Assembly (NCBI GenBank): GCA_031416315.1
Contig: JANOTL010000065.1
Span: 1 to 64,000 of the forward strand
Direction: 5' to 3'
Length of the DNA: 64,000 bases
Source: Pseudomonadota bacterium
GTDB lineage: Bacteria; Bdellovibrionota_B; Oligoflexia; Oligoflexales; CAIYRB01
Positions 36,753 to 46,700 of this stretch are shown here, piece by piece. How positions within the stretch are numbered: the first letter of the stretch is position 1; each line of letters starts with the position of its first letter. A program made the translations under genes and the position numbers. Under the pieces are notes generated by a model that was given only the letters and a program-made list of their open reading frames with translations, searched no databases and was not told the DNA's origin.

Positions 36753-37787
36753 ATGAAATCTTTATTCCTTGCCTCACTCTCAGTCGCGCTCGCCCTCCTG
36801 GCTTGCAGCAATGAATCCGTCCTCTCAGGCTCGGACAAAAAGTCGTCAGGCACCACCGCCGGCAAAAAGCCGAGCGGCGACGTCGGCAAGGACGATGACG
36901 ACGGCTCCGGCAAGGGCGACGATGACGACGATTCCGGCTCGGGCTCCACCGCGAAGCGCAGTTCCGGCTCGAGCGCGAGCAAAGACGACGACGACTCCGA
37001 CACGACCGCCGGAGGGATCGTCACCGAGCCGACTGTCGCGCCGACTCCGGGCGGAGGCACCGATGCCGCGCAGCCCGATGCGGCGCCGCCGCCGCCGGCC
37101 GACCCACGCAAGGACATCGTCGCGCAGCTGAAGCCCGCGGCGCAGGCTTCGGGAACCGTTCTCTGCGTGTTCGCCTCGGCGTCGGTGAATTTCATCGGTA
37201 CGCATACAGGCTTCGCGCGCGCCAAGAGCGCCGGCTTCTACCACTACTTCATGGATACCCGCGGCAAAGGCCGGCTGATTGCGAACGGCGACGGCAATTC
37301 GCCTTACTACGCCGAAGCCGCCAACGGCACTTGGCGCTGGTTCGCCGGCGTCGATCAACCGCGAATTCTTTACAACGGCGCGCCCGGCGGCATCTCGGGA
37401 ATGACGGCGTTCGCGACCCTGTTCCCCGCCGCTCGCGAATACCAAGGCATGCTCCCTGCCGAATACGTCGGCAAGCCCGACGTCCTGAAAGCCCAATGGG
37501 ACGTTGTCATGGTCGAGGTGCATCCTGGCAACACCACGGCCGGCGATGGCCCCGCGATCGCGACCTTGAAGAGCTATGTCGAAGATCACGGCGGGGCGGT
37601 CTATTTGTCGTCGGAGTACAGCGTGGGCGGCGGCGGCCTCATCGACGCGGTGACGACGCCCTTCGGCTTCACGTTCTCCGCGAGCAGCCAGTCGTTGACG
37701 TACAAAGGCGTGCCGCTCCAATGGCTCGGTGAGCCCGAGACGGATATTGCCGTAAGGGACTGCGACGGCGACATGCTCCCGAAGTAA
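36753..37787 (+). CDS. Hypothetical lipoprotein with acidic/Ser-rich linker and possible GATase-like (DUF4350-type) C-terminal fold
   Basis: Lipobox LLAC; DDDD linker; WDVVMV..LKSYVEDHGGAVYLSSE..PFGFTF. Confidence 0.75.
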   Translation: MKSLFLASLSVALALLACSNESVLSGSDKKSSGTTAGKKPSGDVGKDDDDGSGKGDDDDDSGSGSTAKRSSGSSASKDDDDSDTTAGGIVTEPTVAPTPGGGTDAAQPDAAPPPPADPRKDIVAQLKPAAQASGTVLCVFASASVNFIGTHTGFARAKSAGFYHYFMDTRGKGRLIANGDGNSPYYAEAANGTWRWFAGVDQPRILYNGAPGGISGMTAFATLFPAAREYQGMLPAEYVGKPDVLKAQWDVVMVEVHPGNTTAGDGPAIATLKSYVEDHGGAVYLSSEYSVGGGGLIDAVTTPFGFTFSASSQSLTYKGVPLQWLGEPETDIAVRDCDGDMLPK

Positions 37788-37893
37788 TACGAGCAATCGC
37801 AGACGGCCCTGATTCTGCTATAAGGGCAGCCAAAGCCGCGCATCGTGATGCCTGATTGGCTCGCGCCGCCCCTTATATCGGAAGTAAAAATCG

Positions 37894-40146
37894 ATGTTTA
37901 GATGTCGTCGCCTCGCCCTCACGCTCGTCTTTGCCGTCTCCACGTTTCAGTCGGCTTGCGGACTTCTGCGGAAGGAAGCGAACGACGTGACCGGCGGGGC
38001 GGGCGGCATCGGCGCCCGTGAGCGGGCCAACTACGCCTCCTGGAAAGCAAATCCGCGCAAGGCCTGCACGACGGCCGCCGCGTTCGAAGGCAAGACCGAA
38101 GGCGAGGACGTGGGCCTCGACGCGCAGGTCTTCCTGCAGCAGACAAGCGGTAGCCTCGCCGTCCGCGACGCCGCCGGCGGCTTCTTGCTCCTCGGCTCCG
38201 GATACGGCCTGACCGGCACCACGCGCTCCTCCCTGGGCCGCCAGCTGACGGTCAACGGCGACAAGAAAGCCTTCGAGGCGGAGATGGAGCGCCAAGGCTC
38301 GAATTGCATCGTGAAGCTCGACGGCAAGCAGGTCTACGAGACCGAGATCCTCGCCTCGGTGCCCGTTCTGGCCTTCGGCCGCGGCCCCATTGCGGCGCCC
38401 GTGACGACGCCCGCTTACATCCGCACGCAAGCTTGGGGCGTCGAGAGCCACGGCCTGCTGGAGGCCGTCTTCGGCGGCGCAGTACGCGCTGCCGAGCTGG
38501 ACGCCGAGCTGGTGGCGCTTCTGCCCTTCACCGCCTCGTGGCCGAAGTCCGAGCGCGCCCGCCTTTTCCCGGCCGAGCGCCTCGGCGGCCGTCACGTCGC
38601 CTTCTTTCCGCCGGAAGCCGGCCTCGTTCCGTTCAACAGCGAGCACCCCGCCCTGACCGGCGCCGAGGCCAGCTGGACCGCCCTCGGGCAATCGACCGGC
38701 GAGGCGAGCTTCGAAGTTTACGTCACGCCCCCGCTCTTCGCGCGCGAAGGCTTCGGCAACAAAGCCGACACCGGTCTTTGGCATCTCGCCGTCACCGTCA
38801 CCTGGGAAACGCCTTCGGGCACCTCTCTGCCCAACTACAAATTGACGAGCCTGACGCTCGCTGACCCGGTTCCGTTCGACGGCGCGCGGATGGCCGCCTG
38901 CATGCAGCAGCGTCAAAACGCCTTTGCGTTCACGGGCCTTTACGGCAACGATGCGTACTCTCCGCACTTCGACGGCGTCGTCGGCGCTTGCGCGGCGCTT
39001 GCCGCGGATTCCGATCGGGCGCTCTATGACATTCCCGAGGCGCGCGCGCTCGTCACCGCGCACTTCAGCGGCGTCACCGGCAAGGCAGGCGTCGGTTATG
39101 GCGGCTGGGAGGGCGGCCTCGCCGCGCTCGCACGCCAAGCGGTCGCGCGCAACGAGGGCGTCGCCGCGATGCTTGATCCTGTGGGCGCCTCGCCTTTGAT
39201 CGCGCACCTCGACCGCTACGCGCAAGCCATCGTCGCGGGCACGGCCGCGCGCCCGACCCTACGCGAGAAGACGGCGGGCTACGTCGACACCTTCGGCCTC
39301 ACGTGGGCCCTGCGCGGCGAAGAGGTCGACCTCGCCCTTCTCGACCGCTTCCTCGCCGCGTTCGAGCGCGCCATGCTGCCGTTTCCGGAGTCCGTGGACG
39401 CCTGGATGGGCGACATCCGTTCTAAGCCGAACGCTCCGGAGCAAGCGACGCGCGCCGACTACGCGCTCGCTCTGACGGACGAGACGATCGGCGCCGTGCT
39501 CGAGCTTCGCCGCGTGGCCCTCGCCGCCGGCCTCGACGGCGCGCTCGCGGATCTGAAGTTGGACGACGTGATCCAGGCGGCGACGCCGGTCGACGCCCTG
39601 CTCCCGGCTTGGTCCCTGACCATCGCCGCGCTCACCGACTTCAAGAAACGCGACCTGCTGCGCGCCGAAGGCGAGCGCCAATTCAGCTTCGAAAGCAACT
39701 TCCTCGACCTCGCGCGCCGTGGCATCAAAGAGGACTGGGTCGAAGCCGACCTGGTCAACGTCGAGACGATCGCCTCGGTCGCCAGCCACGACGAGTTCTG
39801 CAAGCGGAGCTCCGATGTCAGCACCCTCTTCGCCTGCAAGAACGCCGCGGCCTTTACCCGCGAGGCGAAGGGTTTTCTCGCGCCGGAGCGCGCCGCGGCC
39901 TACGTAGCTCTGGCGGGCGAGATGAGCCAGATCCTGAAGGGTCTGACCGACAGCAGCGACTGGTCGCTGAAGATCGACCTCGTCCGTTCGTTCTTCGAGC
40001 CGGTGTGGAAATCCTGCGACGCGGGCGGCATCAACGCCAACCGCGAGACCTTGAAGGGCCTCCTGGCCCAGCGCGCGAAGGCGGAGACGTTCGCGCGGTT
40101 CGAGCTCGATCGGAAAATCTCCGATCTCTTGGATGCGTGCCGCTAG
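37894..40146 (+). CDS. Hypothetical lipoprotein (750 aa)
   Basis: Lipobox-like QSAC, long ORF with genome-like codon usage. Confidence 0.8.
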   Translation: MFRCRRLALTLVFAVSTFQSACGLLRKEANDVTGGAGGIGARERANYASWKANPRKACTTAAAFEGKTEGEDVGLDAQVFLQQTSGSLAVRDAAGGFLLLGSGYGLTGTTRSSLGRQLTVNGDKKAFEAEMERQGSNCIVKLDGKQVYETEILASVPVLAFGRGPIAAPVTTPAYIRTQAWGVESHGLLEAVFGGAVRAAELDAELVALLPFTASWPKSERARLFPAERLGGRHVAFFPPEAGLVPFNSEHPALTGAEASWTALGQSTGEASFEVYVTPPLFAREGFGNKADTGLWHLAVTVTWETPSGTSLPNYKLTSLTLADPVPFDGARMAACMQQRQNAFAFTGLYGNDAYSPHFDGVVGACAALAADSDRALYDIPEARALVTAHFSGVTGKAGVGYGGWEGGLAALARQAVARNEGVAAMLDPVGASPLIAHLDRYAQAIVAGTAARPTLREKTAGYVDTFGLTWALRGEEVDLALLDRFLAAFERAMLPFPESVDAWMGDIRSKPNAPEQATRADYALALTDETIGAVLELRRVALAAGLDGALADLKLDDVIQAATPVDALLPAWSLTIAALTDFKKRDLLRAEGERQFSFESNFLDLARRGIKEDWVEADLVNVETIASVASHDEFCKRSSDVSTLFACKNAAAFTREAKGFLAPERAAAYVALAGEMSQILKGLTDSSDWSLKIDLVRSFFEPVWKSCDAGGINANRETLKGLLAQRAKAETFARFELDRKISDLLDACR

Positions 40147-40164
40147 GAGCTCTAAACTGTCGGT

Positions 40165-40522
40165 TAGTTAGACCCTGGCGCTTTCGCGCCAGGGTCTATC
40201 CCGAGCGGAGCGAGGAATCTCGCGGCGCTACCCATAGCGTCCGTCACGCGACCCTCGCTCTCGCCGGATTCCCCGGCAATTTCCCGATCGCTTGATCATG
40301 CAGACTTTCCTTCCCTGCTCGCTGCGCCCTGGTCAGTTGCCGCAGATTGAAGCCGAGGACAGAGGCGTACCCGGCGGCCAGTGTTGCCGCGTCGCTCTTC
40401 ATGCGACTTCTTCCGATCTGCCCCCCATGATGGTGCCGGGAAGCGGCGGCGCAGGTGTAATCGCCGAGATCCCGCGCTCCGCGCGGGATAGACCCTGGCG
40501 CGAAAGCGCCAGGGTCTAGTTA
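40165..40522. mobile_element. MITE/REPIN-like element, 346 bp (40171-40516), 52-bp terminal inverted repeats, 6-bp TAGTTA direct repeats
   Basis: Left 40171-40222 versus reverse complement of 40465-40516 differ at 3 positions; TAGTTA at 40165-40170 and 40517-40522. Confidence 0.8.
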
Positions 40523-40573
40523 GCGTGCGACGCACCGTCCGTGGGTGCGTCACAACGAACACTCCGTCAGTTT

Positions 40574-40594
40574 CACAGAACACAATGTTCTGTG
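40574..40594. promoter_or_regulatory. Operator-like palindrome CACAGAACA-caa-TGTTCTGTG
   Basis: Perfect 9-bp inverted repeat 85 nt upstream of the DUF4360 gene. Confidence 0.4.
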
Positions 40595-40679
40595 GATCCC
40601 TTGTATGCCGACCGCCGCCGGGTTATTTCATTCCTTGCGAGGGATCCCCCTCGAACTTGCCCCCGCAAGGAAGACCACC

Positions 40680-41372
40680 ATGATCTCGTCCACCACCAAG
40701 TCGCTCACCTTCTCCTTTTTCGCCCTGATGGCCGCGATGTTCGCGGCCACCGCGGCCGAAGCCCAGGTCATCATCACGGATCCCATCCGTGACGACGGCC
40801 AAATTGACCGGCCGACCGAGTCCGGCAACCGTCCTTCGTACGTCCGTCTCCGCAACTTGAGCTATGCCGGCAGTGGCTGCCCCGCCGGCAGCGTCGCGAC
40901 CAACGTCAGCGCCTCGCGCGACTCCTTCACCCTCCTCTTCGACTCTTTCGTCGCCGAGTCGGGCCGCGGCATTCCCCTGAGCCAGTCGCGCAAGAACTGC
41001 ATGCTCTCCGTCGACCTCGACTTCCCGAGCGGCTGGTCATACACGGTCGACACGCTCGAGACGCAGGGCTACGTTGCGCTGGATCCGGGCGTCCGCGCCG
41101 ACGTCACGACGTCATTTTACTTCCAAGGGCAGACGGCCACGGCGCGCTTCAGCTCGAGCTTCTACGGCCCGACCTCGCGCGACTACCACATCCGCGACAC
41201 GCTCGGTCTGAGCGCGCAAGTCTGGTCGCCCTGCGGCATGCAGCGCGCCCTCAACTTGAACTACTCGATCCGCGTCAGCGGCGGCTCGGGCGGCCGCGGC
41301 CTGATCACGATGGATTCCCCGGTCGACGGCAGCCCGCGCCCCTTTACGCTGCGCTGGCAACGTTGCCGGTGA
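40680..41372 (+). CDS. Secreted DUF4360 domain protein
   Basis: Signal peptide; YAGSGCPAGS, FTLLFDSF, SRKNC, FYFQGQ, VWSPCG. Confidence 0.9.
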   Translation: MISSTTKSLTFSFFALMAAMFAATAAEAQVIITDPIRDDGQIDRPTESGNRPSYVRLRNLSYAGSGCPAGSVATNVSASRDSFTLLFDSFVAESGRGIPLSQSRKNCMLSVDLDFPSGWSYTVDTLETQGYVALDPGVRADVTTSFYFQGQTATARFSSSFYGPTSRDYHIRDTLGLSAQVWSPCGMQRALNLNYSIRVSGGSGGRGLITMDSPVDGSPRPFTLRWQRCR

Positions 41373-41392
41373 TCTCCGGTCTCTGGGGCCGG

Positions 41393-42868
41393 TCACGACA
41401 TCCAATTGTGATCGGCCTGCATGCTCCACTTCGTCGTGACCTTCTTCAAATCGCTCCAGAAGTCGAGCACGCTCGCGCCGGTCATGTCGCCCTGACCGAA
41501 CTTCGAGGCCTTGGTGCCGCCGAAGGAGAAGGGCTCGCGCGGCACCGGCACGCCGATGTTGACGCCGATCATGCCGGTCGTCGCGCGGTCGGCGACGTAG
41601 CGCGCCACCGCGCCGCTCGTGGTGAACACCGAGGTCGCGTTGCCGAACTCGTTCTGGCTCTCGAGCGCCATCGCCTCGGCCAGGTTCTTCACCCGGACGA
41701 TCGTGAGCACGGGGCCGAAGATCTCCTGCTGCGCGCACTCCATCTGCGGCGCGGCGCGGTCGATCACCGTCGGCGCGATCCAGTTGCCGGCTTCATAGCC
41801 CTTGGGCGGCAGTGGCTTGCGCCCGTCGACGGCGAGCTCGGCGCCGTCTTTGGTGGCGCGCCCGATGATCCCTTCGATGCGCTCCAGAGCCGCGCGGTCG
41901 ATGATCGCGCCCATGCCCGCGCCGATCTTCACGTCGCGCGCGGCGGCCTTGACCTTCTCTAGGAGAGAGTCGACGTCGCCGACCGCGACGAGCAAGCTCG
42001 CGGCCATGCAGCGCTGGCCGGCGCAGCCGATGAAGGAGTCGAGCACGCCCTTGACCGTCATCGCGGGGTCGGCGTCGGGCACGACGATCAGGTGGTTTTT
42101 TGCGCCACCCAGGCAGAGTGCGCGTTTTCCGTGCCCGGTGGCGCGCTGGTAGACGGCTTTCGCAACGGGAGTCGAGCCGACGAAGCCGACGGCTTTCACC
42201 AGCGGGTGGTCGATCAGGGCCTCGGTCGTGGCCCGCGCGCCGTTCAGGATGGAGAAGACGCCGGCCGGGAAGCCCGACTCGACGGCGATCTCGCCGATCA
42301 ACTGGCTCGTCAGGGGCACTTTCTCCGACGGCTTTAGGATGAAGCAGTTCCCGAGCGCGAGCGCGATCGGATACATCCAGAGCGGCACCATCGCCGGAAA
42401 GTTGAAGGGCGCGATGCCGGCGACGACGCCGAGCGGCTCGCGGCTCATTTGGCAGGTGACGCCGCGGCTCACCTCCATCACGCCGCCGACCTCGAGGTTC
42501 TGCAGGGAGAGCGCGAACTCGAGGACCTCGATCCCCTTCATGATGCCGGCCTTCGCCTCGTCGACCGTCTTGCCCGCCTCGGCGGCGGCGCGGTGCGACA
42601 GCTGCGGAAGCTTGGCGAGCATCAGCTCGCGAAAGCGGAAGAGGTACTGCGCGCGCTCCTTGATCGGCATAGCGCGCCAGATCGGGAACGCCGCCTGTGC
42701 CGCCTCGACGAGCTGGGCGACTTCGGCCTGCGAAGACTCGCCGACCTTGCCGATCACCTTCCCCGAGTACGGGCTGACGATTTCGCGCACCGCGCCGCTC
42801 GGCTCACGCCATTGGCCGCCGGTGAGATTGCGGCACGTGACGACGCTTGCGGGCAGTTCGACGAGCAT
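41393..42868 (-). CDS. mmsA: CoA-acylating methylmalonate/malonate-semialdehyde dehydrogenase
   Basis: PFNFPAMVPLW, LKPSEKVP, FVGSTPVA, GGAKNH, GCAGQRCMA, EIFGPV, GVNIGVPVP. Confidence 0.93.
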   Translation of the reverse strand: MLVELPASVVTCRNLTGGQWREPSGAVREIVSPYSGKVIGKVGESSQAEVAQLVEAAQAAFPIWRAMPIKERAQYLFRFRELMLAKLPQLSHRAAAEAGKTVDEAKAGIMKGIEVLEFALSLQNLEVGGVMEVSRGVTCQMSREPLGVVAGIAPFNFPAMVPLWMYPIALALGNCFILKPSEKVPLTSQLIGEIAVESGFPAGVFSILNGARATTEALIDHPLVKAVGFVGSTPVAKAVYQRATGHGKRALCLGGAKNHLIVVPDADPAMTVKGVLDSFIGCAGQRCMAASLLVAVGDVDSLLEKVKAAARDVKIGAGMGAIIDRAALERIEGIIGRATKDGAELAVDGRKPLPPKGYEAGNWIAPTVIDRAAPQMECAQQEIFGPVLTIVRVKNLAEAMALESQNEFGNATSVFTTSGAVARYVADRATTGMIGVNIGVPVPREPFSFGGTKASKFGQGDMTGASVLDFWSDLKKVTTKWSMQADHNWMS

Positions 42869-42961
42869 GACGCGTTCCTTGAAGGCGAGAAGGGGGAGGC
42901 GCGACAGGGGATTTCTGTCATAATGCCAGCCTCGACCACCCCGGCAAAGAGGATATTGCTC

Positions 42962-43597
42962 ATGATGAAGCCGCGACTTCTCGCCGTCAGTGGCGGCTCG
43001 GGCTCGGGCAAGACGACCCTCGTCAGCCGTCTGCGCCAAGCTCTCGGCCAGGCGCTCGACGCCGAGGTCCAGGTGCTGCACCTAGATCACTACTATCTGG
43101 ATCTCTCGCATCTGAGCCAGGCGGAGCGGGATCAGCGCAACTTCGACCATCCCGATGCCTTCGACAGGACGCTGCTCCGCGAGCATCTCGGCACCTTGCT
43201 GGCAGGGAAGGGGATCGACCGTCCGACCTACGACTTCGCCTCCCACACGCGGACGGGCGCGACCGTCCGCCTGGAGCCTGCGAAGGTGTTCCTGCTCGAC
43301 GGCATCCTGATGCTGCACGATCCAGGCCTGCGGGCGCTATACGACCTCTCGGTCTATGTCGAGGTCGACGACGACGTGCGCATCATCAGGCGCCTGCGGC
43401 GCGACATCGTCGAGCGCGGGCGGACGATGGATAGCGTCATCGCGCAGTATCTGCAGACGGTGAAGCCGATGCACGACGCGTACGTCGCGCCGCAGAAATT
43501 CGTGGCGGACATCATCGTGAGCTGGATGGATTACAATGACCGGGCAGTCGCGATGTTGGCGGGGACGGTCGCGAGTTGGTTGAAGGGCATTCCTTGA
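42962..43597 (+). CDS. udk: Uridine kinase
   Basis: GGSGSGKTT, LDHYY, NFDHPDAFD, PTYDF, RRLRRDIVERGR, VKPMH. Confidence 0.95.
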   Translation: MMKPRLLAVSGGSGSGKTTLVSRLRQALGQALDAEVQVLHLDHYYLDLSHLSQAERDQRNFDHPDAFDRTLLREHLGTLLAGKGIDRPTYDFASHTRTGATVRLEPAKVFLLDGILMLHDPGLRALYDLSVYVEVDDDVRIIRRLRRDIVERGRTMDSVIAQYLQTVKPMHDAYVAPQKFVADIIVSWMDYNDRAVAMLAGTVASWLKGIP

Positions 43598-43734
43598 AGT
43601 TCCGCGCATCGCGCCGGTCGTGCCTGCGGCCGCACCGCCATCAAAGACCTGGCCACGCCTCGCCATTATTGCGTGGCGAAATCGGCGGACACCAGGAATA
43701 ATACGCAGGAAATTCTCGTTTTCGGAGCCCACCG

Positions 43735-46700
43735 ATGCGCCACTCGTCTCTCACCAGGCTCGTCTTCGCGCTCGTCGCCGCCGCCATCCTCGGCTACGGC
43801 GGATTGCACGCGTACCGGAAATACGGCCGCGCCGCCCAGCCGACGACGACCCAGAAGCCGCCGTTGCCGCGCACCGACCCGCAGCTCGCGCCTGTGAATC
43901 AGCCGGCCGGCGCGGCCGTTCCCGCCTTGGATCCGACGCTCACGGCGGCATGGACGATGGAGGATCTCGGCGCCACCATTCAGCCGCTCGGCGAGGACGG
44001 CACCTTGCCGACGGCCATCCGCGTCGCCTTCGCGAAGCCGCTCGCGCCAGGCTCCACGCAGCCGGTTCCCGCCGGCACCAAGATCACGCTGGACCCGGAG
44101 ACGGAAGGACAGCTTACGTGGGGCACGACGCCCGCCGAGCTCGTCTTCACCCCCGCCGCGCCCCTCAAGTACGGCGTAAGCTACAAGGTCACGCTCGACG
44201 CCGTCGAGATCGACGGCCGTGCCGTCCTTCCGGCGGCCGCGGGGCAGGTGTCGCGCGTTTTCCAGACACCGGCGTTCGAGCTGAAGCGCGTGAGCCTCGC
44301 CCGCGTCAACGACAAAGCCGGCCTCACCGAGTTCGACGTCGTCTTCACTGGCCCCGTCGAGGCCTCGCGGCTGAAGGCCTTTGCCAGCTGGACGATCTCC
44401 GGCGGCACGGCCGGCACCCCGGAATATCGCACCGGGAAGGCGGCGAACGAGGTGATCTCCGCCCTGCCCACCGGCAATCTTACCGGCGAGCAAACGCTGC
44501 AATTCAGTTTGAAAAGCGGCATGCCGGCCCTCGCAGACGGCGGCGGCACCGCGCCCGCCAAAGTGCAAAAGGTCCCGCTTTTCGCCGGCAAGGATGTAAC
44601 GGTGAAGGCCGTGCGGCTAAAGGAGGGCGTCAACGGCTTCTACATCCACGTGATCTGCAACGACGGCAGCCGCTGGAGCGGAGCCGACGAGGTCTACCAG
44701 AACCGGATCTACTATTACGACAACGACACACATGACGGCATGTACGTCTCCGATCGCTGCGCATTCGACGAAGCGACGGCGCGCAGCAAGATCCGCATCA
44801 AGCCGGCGGCGAAATGGTCGCTCGTGCCCGCTCGCGGTGGCTTCCGCATCCTGGGCGACTTCGTCGCCGGCGATCTCTCGCTGGAGATCGACGCGGGTCT
44901 GCCGTCCGTCGACGGTGGTGTCCTCAAGACCCCGGTCGTCGAGACCTTCGCGGTGCCGCGCCGCAAACCGAGCGTCGCCTTCGTCGCCCGCGGCCGCTAC
45001 CTTCCGCGCGACACTTGGAAGAGCCTAGGAATCAAGCATCTCAACGTCGACCGCGCCGAGCTCGAGGTGCGCGTCGTGCCGCCGGAGAACCTGATCTTCT
45101 GGATGAGCGCTGACGCCGAGACCGCCGACCTGCGCAACTCCAACCTCGTGGTCAAAAAGGACCTGAAGCTCGGCGGCAAGCCCGACGAGGCGAAGAATAC
45201 CTGGATCGACCTCGCCGCGATCCTCGGCTCGCCGCCCCGCGGCGTGATCGAGCTGTCGATCACCGAGAAGCCGACGGGCAAGTCGGTCGACAAGAAGCGC
45301 CTCGTCATCACCGACATCAATCTCGTGGCGAAGCGCGGCCGCGGCGGCCAGACCGTGCACGTATGGGCCCTGAACATGAAGGACGGTTCGCCGCTCGCCG
45401 GCGTCAACGTCCGGCAGATCGTGCGCTCCGGCCGCGCCATCTCCGAATGCGTCACCTCCAGCTCGGGCGCCTGCATGCTCGGCTGGGACAAGCAGAAGGA
45501 GCTCGACGCGGGCGCGGTGCCTTTCGCCCTCGTCGCCTCAAAAGACTCGGATCTCACCTATCTGCGCTACGAGGATCTCAAGACGGAGATCTCCGAGCAG
45601 ATCGTGCAAGGCCGTCCGTTCTCCGGCGGCGCCACGCCTTACCGTGCCGCCGTCTGGAGCGATCGCGGTGCCTACCGTCCCGGAGAGACGGCGCACGTCA
45701 CCGGCGTCGTCCGCGGCCAGGACGACCTCGCGCCGCCGTTCAAAGATTCCGGCATGCCGGTCGAGCTGCGCCTCTTCGACCCGCGCGAGAAGCTCGTGCG
45801 CAAGCTCAACCTCGAGGCGAACGCCGTCGGCATCGTCAGCGCCGACCTGGCGTTTGCGAGCTTCGCCAACACGGGTCGCTACCGCGTCACGCTCCACGCG
45901 GGGAATGCCGAGATCGGTACGTATTCCTTCAACGTCGAGGAGTTCGTGCCGGAGCGCTTGAAAGTCGAGGCCGTGGCCACGGCGCCGAGCCTCCTCGGCG
46001 CCGAGGCCGGCACCTTCGACGTCACCGCGCGCTACCTTTTCGGCGGCAGCGCCGAAGGCAGCCGCGTCGAGCTGCGCTGCGAGCTTTGGCCAGGCGCCTT
46101 CACGCCGCCGGAGAACGCCAACTTCGCGTATGGCGTCTGGTATCCAGATCGCGACTCGCCGAAGGGCCTGCCCCTCGGCAACGTCTCCGGCAAGCTCGAC
46201 GAGAACGGCAAGACGCAGCTCTCCTGCCCGACGCAGGCGGAGGGCGGCATGCTTGCCGGCCCCGCGCGACTCATGGCCCGCGCCATCGTCTTCGAAGGCG
46301 AGAGTGGCCGCAGCACGCAGAGCGAGGCGCAGATCGCCGTGCATCCCGAGCGCTTCTACATCGGCCTCTCCTCGGGCCAAGAGAAGCTCAGTCGCGGCGA
46401 CACCCTGAATTTTCAGGGCGTCCTCGTCGACTGGGACGGCAAGCTCATCTTGACCGATGAGGCCATCGAGGTCGAGCTCGTCCGCCTGGAGACGGAGTAC
46501 GACTGGAGCTGGGACGAAGGCGGCGGCGACTCGAATTACAAGCGCTTCCAGCGCCAGGCGTCCGAGGGCAAGAGCACGGTTGCGGTGAAGGGCGGAAAGT
46601 TCGAGGGCCAATTCAAGATCGCGCAGGGCGGCTCCGGCTTTCTAGTGCGCGCCCGCGCGAAGAACGCGCGCACGGATCTCAGCCTCAAAGGTGACGACAA

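Noticed and set aside
40165..40522. CRISPR array
   Set aside because: Only two copies, inverted rather than direct; no spacer series and no cas genes.
40574..40594. LexA SOS box
   Set aside because: Spacing is GAAC-N5-GTTC rather than the Gram-positive N4, and the downstream gene is not a repair gene.
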